This document shows, one piece after another, positions 49,534 to 60,000 of a stretch of DNA of 60,000 bases (positions are counted from its first letter, which is position 1; each line of letters opens with the position of its first letter). The DNA lies in assembly GCA_051294905.1 (NCBI GenBank), contig CM119378.1:3226001-3286000 (forward strand). Reading direction: 5' to 3'. The notes beneath the pieces are model-generated. The model had not been told where the DNA came from. It did no database searches and saw nothing but the letters and a program-made list of their open reading frames with translations. A program made the position numbers and the translations under genes. Source of the stretch: Botryllus schlosseri. Lineage: Eukaryota.

Positions 49534-50845
49534 CAGGGGTTCTCAACCTGGGGGGCGCGGGAGGCTCTCAGGGGGGGCGCGAGAAATTGACAAAGTCAGT
49601 ATAAATTGGACGTGTCTGAACATGTGTTTCATATCCATTATGAGAATACGATTAATGAAGATGAAATTTATTCCATATTCAAGAAAGCTTCCAAAATACA
49701 AACTCTAGCAACAGCGCTCAACTGAGTATAGTCTGATTTCAACTTCATTTGAGCAAATTTTTGAAATTCTTTGATGATATAGAGAGCAATCCCCACGTGT
49801 AAGTCATTCATTTCTTCATAGCTTTGACAGTAGCCTAAAGCTTGTCGCGCTGGGCAGCTCTTGTTAGTAGCTTGCGAACTGCACTGCCTAAGACAGACTT
49901 AGATGCAACATAGGTTGCCCGGTTTCGCCCTCAATTAGGCTATAAATCAACACAATTAATTCATTTCGAAAACTGATCAAATTTAGCCTGGCAGGACAGA
50001 ACGACGCCTTGCTCTCTGTACTCACTACCAGCATCAGGATTAGTCTCAGGGTGACCTACATTGAAATTAATTAATGGATGTCTTGTTCAATGTTTTTTGT
50101 TATTTTCAAACAAATTTGAAGAAATTTGTCAGCAATGTAAAAGACTCAACAACTGGAATGCAGATTCAAAATTGGCGTAAGATATACCTTATGTATACTA
50201 TTAGATCAGGGGTGGGCGGCCTGCAGCCGTAGAAGGGAATTTGAGCGGCCGTCGACGCCTAATTCGATTAATATGTGTTGGCGGCCGTAGACATGCAAAT
50301 TGCAATTATGAATTCACTCCCGCATTTTCGAGAGATTTTAATGAATCTTGAAATGTTTTTCGGACTCCGCGCAATTCAACAAGACTTCATTTTTCTATTT
50401 TAATGCAGTAGCGCCCTTCTTAATCTGAGCCGGAATGGGAATTGGCAAGAAATAGCAATTCGTTCGCGGCCCTGAAAAATTTTCGCGCTCCGCGCGACAA
50501 TATGCACCTCCCGGCAACTATTCATAACATTGCCACTCGCGATTTCGCTGCGTACAATAGGCCATTGTGAAAAGTAGAATAGTCCGGAGTTCACCGGGAA
50601 TGGATATGGACAGTTTACCGTATGAATTTTGCGTCCATATCGTTCATTGCGGCTATGCCCTGGAATGCGGCCTTACGCTACATAAGCAATCGAAATGCGG
50701 TCATGATTATCAAAAACGTTGCCCACCTCTGTAATAGATGATGTGCTCTTTTTGACATCACGATAAATGCGGAGGTCAGGGGCGCGAGTTTTTTGACCAT
50801 CTCCAAGGGGGGCGCGTGTCAAAAAAGGTTGCGTGAGAACCACTG
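49534..50845. mobile_element. Composite hAT-like element, copy 2, with an intact nested MITE 50207-50731
   Basis: TIR CAGGGGTTCTCA / TGAGAACCACTG; perfect TSD CTGTAGTG; inner element TSD TATTAGAT/TAATAGAT. Confidence 0.85.
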
Positions 50846-50905
50846 CTGTAGTGTCAAAACAGTTGCGTTCACTTCTCTCCTGCGCTGTCTTCGCCTGGTT
50901 CGGCA

Positions 50906-52123
<1,218 letters not shown>

Positions 52124-53288
52124 GTTCGGCATTGAATATACACACTTTTGTTGACTGGGTAAACACTTTGTGCGATTAGTAAACGTTCATAAAAAATATG
52201 ATGGATCGTAAAAATGCCATATAGTGTAGCTTTATTTCCGGAAATTAAAGGCAAAACTACTACACTTGCTTTTATACTTCAACATGTATGTTATCCAGAC
52301 AAAAGAACTGATATTAATTAGAACTCAAAGTATATGATACTGGGAATTGAAAGTGAAATATAAATACTACTTTTAAAAGCGGAAAATGAATTTCAGGTCT
52401 TTAGTACAGAAAGTTTCAAAGGTGGTATGCTAAAACAGCTCTAAAACTAAAGCGTTATGATGAGCCATATATACTGTGATGAAATATTTCATATCAGCGA
52501 AGGGCGACAATGCGGTGTGAACGGAACCACGTCAACCCGCTACCTAAATTATATTCACCGATACTTTCGTGAAATCATACTGGATACTCCGTATCCACTA
52601 GGCGCGAGGCGCGACGAAAATTCTGGGCTTTACTCAACTTTTATGAAAATTAAATGTTGATACTCCTTGAAAACAGTCCCGAAATTCCTCAGGCTATCTT
52701 CCTGATTGGAGGATTAAACTACTTCTACTTGACAAACTGAAAATAGCGAAAAGTAAGTAAGTAGATCACAAAATATTACGAAGTAGAAGTAGCGAAAATC
52801 AAATCTACTTGAGTAAGTACCAGAAGTAGAGGAAAACTACTTGAGTACTTCGAAAAAGTAGAAGTACTTCGTTACTGACCACCTCTGGCAAATACACAAT
52901 CTTCAGTTCAAAACTAAACCGCGAGTCTACAAAATGACAGAATAACTACAAATTACAATAGAAACTGCATTCGTACGAGGCTGAATACGCAATATAAAAC
53001 ATGTCTGAAGTGTATTTCATTCTGAAAATGCTACCAAAGGATATGGTTTACTATGAAAGTGATAATGCATCACAATGCACGCTTGTCATTCAAAATCTGT
53101 CGGACAACTGAAGAAACCTGCACCGGTATGTCAAACAAAAGTTGAAAAAATGAATCTGTTTTTGAATACAGTGAGAGTTAAATCTACATCGCACAAACGC
53201 ACTGGACCTGATCCACGTTGAGTCCCATTTCGACACCAGTTATACCATTACCTGGTTTAACTACATTATCATAACAGGATGGAACTTC

Positions 53289-56200
53289 TCATACTCGGAA
53301 AACTGCTCTTAATAATCCGGACCTTTTGGGACGACGTGTAAGGATAACACCAATCGCAATGGCCGCGATAATTAGAAGAAAGTAATATGCAGCGGAAGTT
53401 TGTTCAGCGACGAATTCCCGATCACCACTCTGCTGATCGAACCTGTCGAGATGATAGTTCACAACGTCTTTCTCTAGAAACAGCCGAATGTGCACGGCGA
53501 GGAAACCCGCCGCGACTCCGCTCTTGTGAGCACTGCAAGAATCTGAACCAAAAATATGAAAGTGACAGTTCACCATGTAATGCGGAAATATTTCAGTTTT
53601 CACGGCATCAAAATCGACAGCTTAAAATTCAAGCTGGATGTATGACAAGATAGCGTAATGGTGGTGCGTCCGGCATCTTGATCGGTAGGTATTGGGTTCA
53701 ATTCCAGGCCGGGTTTGACCGAAGCCCTGATCATTGATACTGGTATCTGTAGAATAGGGGAGGGGTAGTGCAAGACTTAGAAACCCTTATGAGTAGGGTT
53801 ACCATATGTTGAGATCCGAAAAAGAGGGCAATTTTTACAGGCTACAAAAGATATAATGGCGGACGAGAAAACGGGTAATTAAAAAAATGTACGTGAAATA
53901 TTATTGGGTCGACTAAAAAGGTCATTTTTACAACTCGACTCACGAAAGACCCGCCCCCACGTAAAAGTCGGTAGACATTCAACTTTTCATAGTCAATATT
54001 TGGCTTTCAAATCTATAGAGGACGTAATACCATAAAAGAGCCTCGGAGGACATTTTCGATATCTTGAAAAAAGGAGGACGTACATGGTAACCCTGCTTAC
54101 ACGGCTATATCTGCATCTTCCTTGCAGATATCGTGTGCAGGGCCGTAACTGCCGCACCCCAAACCCCCCAATTCGGGGAGGGGGCGATCTCGAAGGGGGA
54201 CCAAAATTATTTCGCAAATCAAGATAAATTATAGAATATTTTGTTGGAGACAACTTCAAAATTTTCTTCGCGCGTGGTGCAATTCGAATCATATTCAAGA
54301 AATGGGCTTATGCCAATCGCGCTCGGTCGAAAGATGGGTGTCAACAAGTTAACACGAACATGAACAATGTTGTTTCATGTGTGGGCAGGAAAGAGGTGTT
54401 ACCAGGTCTGAACCATGAGTACCCACCAGGCACCAGGTTTATTTTTTGCCGTGATAAGTTTGTTTATAAAAAAATATATCGTGGGATATGGCTACTGACT
54501 AGTGAGAGCAGAATTTCAGCGATCACATACCTCCCATCTCCACATCATAGAGAAGCTTTCTCTTCCTCCATTGAAGCCTAAAAGATCAACGATTTAAGAC
54601 ATTTGATGGAGTACCGAATTAATACCATATCGTGTCATTGATTGTATAATGTACATAATTTCAGAATTGTCAAAATCAATTTATTCATATTATTCAACTC
54701 GGTCACCCTAAAAGCTTTCGCATTCATCTACAATGACCAACCCAAAACCAACACTCATTAGTATCTCGTATGATAACGAGTCGTCAAGTAGTAGTAATCA
54801 AGAGAGAAAGTATAGAATCGTTAATTTTGATCTGAAAAGTCCATAGTCTGATATTGTGAATGAATGTCGGATGTCGGGAGTGACTATGAGTCGGATGAAG
54901 AATTATACAAGGTAGAGCTCATAGTGCTGGTAATAGTCAGGGTCGGATATTTGAAATTTATTGCAGTGAGAACTGCCTTTTCATATCGTTGTAGGCAAAT
55001 AATTACTAATTGAAGATACGGAACTTCAATATGCAATCGAGTAATATATTCATATTGCAATGTCAGCTGAAAGCATTTAAATTTATTCCAGACTGAATAT
55101 ATTATCCAACTATAAATTACTAATCAGTTATAAGTCACGAATTCATGCAACACTAACGGAAACTGATTCAGTTGAACCACAGCGCTCCAACTTAGTTCCA
55201 AAGTGACTACAAACGGACCTTGTTTTTTCGAGGTCTTTCCCGAATAGGTACTCCTCAGCATACCAATCTCCAGCATCATTGAATGCCTCTTTAAAGCATC
55301 CGGTGCGTCTGTCTTGCCACGTCATCACCTCTTCAAGCCACTTTACGTTTAAAGCATCGCGAATGCCGATACTACCGCAGACAGCTCCTGCTCAAACAGG
55401 GTTGATATTACCGTTCCGAATGCATTCACTAACCTAGGAGTCAGGGCTGTGCAGTCGGTAAATTTTACCACCGACTACAACTCCGACTCCGACTCATCAC
55501 ATTTCCAATAGACCGACTTCGACTCCTGAGTCTTTAAACGCACCGACTCCGGATCCGGCTCAGACTCCGGTTCCAGCTCCGACTCCGACTCCTGAGTAGG
55601 CTATCTAAAAATACCGACTCCGACTCCGTATCCAACCCCGACTCCAACAGTATAACCAATTTGCTTCGAAAATTGTTTGAATAGCTTCTTGAAGGTACAG
55701 AACTTCAATATACAATTGAATAGTATATTCATATTGAAAGACACCCGAGATTTTAGTGCAACAAAAACTTGCCCCACTTATAACAGAAATCCTGAGACCC
55801 ATTTTAGTCTACAGTTAACTGAAACAATGAGGTATATGCATTATGCAAAACTCAAACGATATTTAATACACAGGCATATTGGTATGAGTACATTGGTGAT
55901 GTCGTTTGTAATTTGTATAAGCCGCAAAAATATCAAGGATAAAAAATAAACTTCGTCATCCTAGTCCTGTAAAAAATACTGTGATTTGCCCCATCCCATA
56001 AGTCTTTACTAATTAAACATTAACGACATTGCTAGATTGAACTTACCATCTTCCAAAAATATGTCCTGAAAAAGATAATTGACTTTTCCTTGTTTAAACA
56101 TAGTCTCCATCTGATACACAATATTGTAACAAAGTCCATGGAGAATGTCTTCCAAACCTCCAATGTTGCTCATTTTCTGTTCAAACTGTGTTTGGCAACC

Positions 56201-59200
56201 AGCCTTGAAAAAACACCAGGGTGTTTCATTACAATATATACATTTAAGTAATATATTCATTGCATAAATATATTGAAACCCGAAGCTTTTCGAACTGACA
56301 CTCTTCAGGGTCAATCGTCAGCGAATGAGGAATTTCAAAAACTTGCATCTAGCTACATTGCATACAACCAATTATGACGATTGCCCCTGAAGAGTGTCAG
56401 CTCGTGTAGCCCAAGGAGTCTCTTCAAATTGTAATAAACTCATACAAATCATCCATCAAATCACAATAAGCTAAAAAAAATAATTGTTATATACTCTATC
56501 TATACTTCTCATGTAGCCTACTTACTGCAACTATACGTCATACTAGGCAGGTACATACCTGCAGTCCGAGTTGAAAATAAAGCAGTTGATGTGTCGTGTA
56601 ATACAAAGTCACTCCTGTTTTCGTCATCATATCCCAGCATTTGTTCACATCACAACGCTTCCCGGCCGTTCCAATCAAACTGCCCATACATTCGTCGCTT
56701 GAAGTTTCATTAAAAACTGTATATAACACAGGCATGATCACGAGAACGCGTGAAATTTTCATTCCAACGCACGCACTAACGGCCTAACAATCTAGTAATG
56801 TGATAGCCCTAAACTTTGCTACACCACTTAATTCATGCCTCTGAAAAGTCAACAATTACATAAATACACACTATCAGAGTTGGTACTGCACTGCGCTTTT
56901 ATGATATGCCGGTTAGGGCTGTAATGACTTGTCTCGAGTCGTAATTTTTGTAGACTCGAATCGAGTCACTTTGTGTATTGACTCGACTTGTACTCGAGTC
57001 ATTGCGCACGACTCGACCAAGTCCTATGACTTGAGTTAGTCTCGTGTATCAGGACGGATAGTTGAAAATAATCCAAGTGTTTTATCTGTTTTAATAAACA
57101 TGTTAAGAATGAAAAAAAAAAGAGTGAGAGGCCTTCGATATCATACAAGAGCGTCAAATAAGTGAGTTGAATCTGACTTGAACTCGATAATGAACAGTGA
57201 ACATGACTCGGACTCTAGTCTCAACACTATGACTTGGACCCTTTGCTCCCTGACTCAGATTTGACTCGTTGGTAAGTAGAAAATGACCCGACTTGACTTG
57301 AGTCAAAACTGTAAAATTACAACTTGTTTGCAACCAGATCAAAGTAGGTACCGTCGGTGCTCAAGTAGAAGTAGGAGAGGTCGAAAACCATGACCACTTG
57401 AGGAAGTAGTGCGAGTGGGCAACATCTACTCAAAGTATTTTGAAAAGTAGCAGTACTTCCTTTCTGACGACCTCTGGTCACAACCCTGATGCAAGTAGAA
57501 AAACTCCATTAATAACATACGAGCGTCCTCAACATGAATCAACGTTGGAACATATTTTTCATCCATCTTCTTCAACCTCTTCGATCGCAGTTCAAATGGC
57601 CGCCACGGTTTTTCGATAGTTGGGTAGAACATTGTATAATATCTGAAAGAGTTGGTCGCTACATCAAGCAGTATCAGTATCAGTTTATTAATATTTTCAT
57701 CAGTTAAAAACACCACAAAAACTGCGATACAATGAAAAGATAGGAAGGTGCCGATACGACTTGGATAGTCTTTGAGATCAGACACCCACCTTGGCCTAGG
57801 CGAAGTAAGGAAGAGGCATGCACTCTGAATGAAAATATTATGATATGATATTCTCATGCCATGATATTCTCTACAACCGGGTGTTCGAGTAAACAAAGGG
57901 TTAGTATCGCATTTCCATATCAATACTATCATTTACATCCCATGATGTGGACCACTGCATATTCTGTCAAAAATTGACACCTCCTGGGATGCATCAATAT
58001 GAATCAAGCTCTCTACACCTTGCGCATAGCGCCATTTGCAGCTTTTGACAGTCCATGCGAGCGAATTACGATCGTTTTCACAACTACTTACTTGAGTAGA
58101 TTTATAATCAGTCAATTCTACTTCTACTTCAAGTAGTTTTAGGTTGTTTATGAAAGAAGTACTACTCGTACTTGAGTCGCTACTTATACTTCTACTTGAG
58201 TAGCTTTGACCACCTATGACTAATACCTTGACTACGATACTTGCAATATCAACAGTTAAGACAGCAGCTACATAAAAGAAGCACGGTCCTCAGCACCCGA
58301 AACAGGTAGACAGTCTGCAATCATTACAGTCTACGCCTGTACATTACGACGAATGATCATGAACACATAAAAGTAATCACAGCAAAACTGAAGTTGGTAC
58401 CAATTTACCAACAAACATACAACAGTGAGCAGTACAAGTAGGCGAAATCTACTCGAGTACTTTGAAAAAAAATGAAGGTCATGGTTACTGACCACCTCTG
58501 CGTATCAGCATGAAAAAGCACGTTGAACAATGTGGGTTACTCATGAAAATAAGGACTAGCAAGCATAAATGTTATGAAAATATATTCAAAGAGTACACAC
58601 TTGTTGTCCCTGTTCTTTATCACAGGTAACGCCAATGTACTTGTCAACTCGGCAAGATTTTGAATCTTTTCTATCTTCCTTCTTACTTCGGCAGTAAAAA
58701 TAGCAGGAGAGTACTCCCCCATATTTCCTTTGTCAAGGGCTCTCATCATTTCACCTGTAAATAACATTTGTGCACTTCAGTCAATCAAATGTTCCTGTGA
58801 TCAGCTATAATATGTTGAAAATGCTGGATGAACTTTCTTTCTAATTATTCAAAGATTCTTCTTCTATCCGCGCTCCTTGAATAGTTAGGATTTTGGACCA
58901 CTTCGACTCCTAACTTCAAGTTCAAGTCACTTGGATTATTCATTTTTTTTTTTAAATATTAATGGCCAAGATTGGCAATATAATATCAATATACACTCAT
59001 GCATAAATTTCTTCTATAAATATTGCTAGCCTAGGATTTTTATTATCCAAACAACTTATCTGTGCACAGATGGTACAGAACTTCAGAATCATATGAACCA
59101 ATAACTTAGTCTTGCATTGTTAATTTAGTCACTAAAAGTACTACTGATTAAGAATCAGTCAAAAGGCTTTTAGTTAAGTTATTGTATCGTTTAATGTTTA

Positions 59201-60000
59201 ATATCCACTTATAAAACATGTTGGAATCGAACTTAGGCTATATGCAAGAAGATTACAAATATAATTTACGGGCACAAATGGTGGATAAGATAGTTTTAGA
59301 ATGACGAATAAATTGTGCCTTGTTTTAGAATTCGAATCCGCACTGTAAGCCCGCATGAATTTTGGAGATGCAACCCCCAAAGCACCAATGTATTTAGCAT
59401 TCAATCGAATGGTTCACTTGAAATTGACTCGAAATCGGAAAATTTGAGATGATAAGAGTCTAGTCAACATTTGACTCGTGACTTAAAGGAAGTAATTTGA
59501 CCCCAACAATGGTCAGAAGTGGCCAAAGTAATCATCGTTGCTGCTCAAGTAGAAGTAGCGACATAGATTTGCACTTGATTACAAGTAGCGATTTCCAAGT
59601 GGCTAGTTTTGTCTAAAAAACTCATCACTTTTCAGTAGAAGTAGTAGTCTATAATCATAGCCACTCGAGATAACAGTGCATAGGCAAAACCTACTTAAGT
59701 ATGGCATAATTCAAAAGTAGAAGTATTTCTTTATTGAACATCTCTGACACTGGGTGAAATTCCATCTAGGTCGTGGGTGAATCCCGCACAGGTTGGAAAC
59801 CGCTGAGTCACATGGACTTGAATTGTTTAGAATTAATGCAGACATATTAATACAGACTATTATGTACTTATTACTGTTAGGCTACCGATTAAGTATTTTT
59901 AAACATGCGAAAATAGTAAAAAAGTATTTTCAACTTCACCTTGCGCAAGGCGAACTCCAAAAATTCCGTCAACATTAACGACATCAAACTTTTTCGAAAA
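53289..60000 (-). CDS. C16orf89/UPF0764 (DUF4735)-like protein, 5' end beyond the window; 8 exons visible, with a C-terminal TM-like segment
   Basis: Exons (minus) >60000-59940, 58754-58601, 57642-57521, 56716-56559, 56203-56047, 55387-55219, 54577-54531, 53542-53289. All introns are GT-AG and phases are consistent (1122 nt). Motifs NVDGIFGVRL, SDECMGSLIG, YYTTHQLLYF, DIFLE, WLEEVMTWQ..GCF and CSAHKSGVA match the family pattern as I recall it. Confidence 0.82.
53794..54095. mobile_element. hAT Blackjack-like MITE (intronic)
   Basis: TIR TAGGGTTACCAT / ATGGTAACCCTG with GGAC subterminal motifs. Confidence 0.65.
55442..55650. repeat. CCGACT-subrepeat MITE remnant (intronic)
   Basis: CAGGGCTGTGCAGTCGG followed by tandem CCGACT. 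Confidence 0.6.
56275..56312 (-). ncRNA. Candidate minimal type I hammerhead ribozyme (Penelope-like pLTR type)
   Basis: Minus strand reads GACC-CUGAAGA-GUGUCAGUUC-GAAA-AGCU-UC-GGGUUUC; an inverted partial copy lies at 56375-56404. Confidence 0.55.
56914..57337. mobile_element. Degenerate GACTCGAGTC-family MITE (intronic)
   Basis: TAGGGCTGTAATGAC start and GACTCGA repeats, similar to 19752-20303. Confidence 0.6.

Noticed and set aside
56717..56762. Apparent signal peptide MKISRVLVIMPVLYTV starting a separate gene
   Set aside because: It lies upstream of the acceptor at 56717. Homologous, phase-compatible exons continue to the window edge, so this stretch is intronic.

Overview
Eukaryotic (invertebrate animal, plausibly tunicate/ascidian-like; this is inference) genomic DNA, not prokaryotic. 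It holds five protein-coding genes, all on the minus strand: an intronless spinster-family MFS transporter (SPNS1-like), an 8-exon UTP14, a 2-exon GOSR1, an intronless CCDC27-like coiled-coil gene, and the last 8 exons of a C16orf89/UPF0764 (DUF4735)-like gene that runs off the right edge. A probable decayed type II membrane-protein gene is split by a hAT-like insertion. Introns and intergenic DNA are packed with non-autonomous elements: hAT-like MITEs with readable 8-bp TSDs (nested up to four deep), palindromic MITEs, a foldback-like element, tRNA-derived SINEs and LINE-tail-like repeats. No transposase or reverse transcriptase ORF is recognisable. The most unusual items are a Penelope-type minimal hammerhead ribozyme motif in an intron, 30-bp and 55-bp TIR elements with perfect TSDs, and a composite MITE that moved as a unit. 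Gene identities come from my recognition of motifs; no database search was run.
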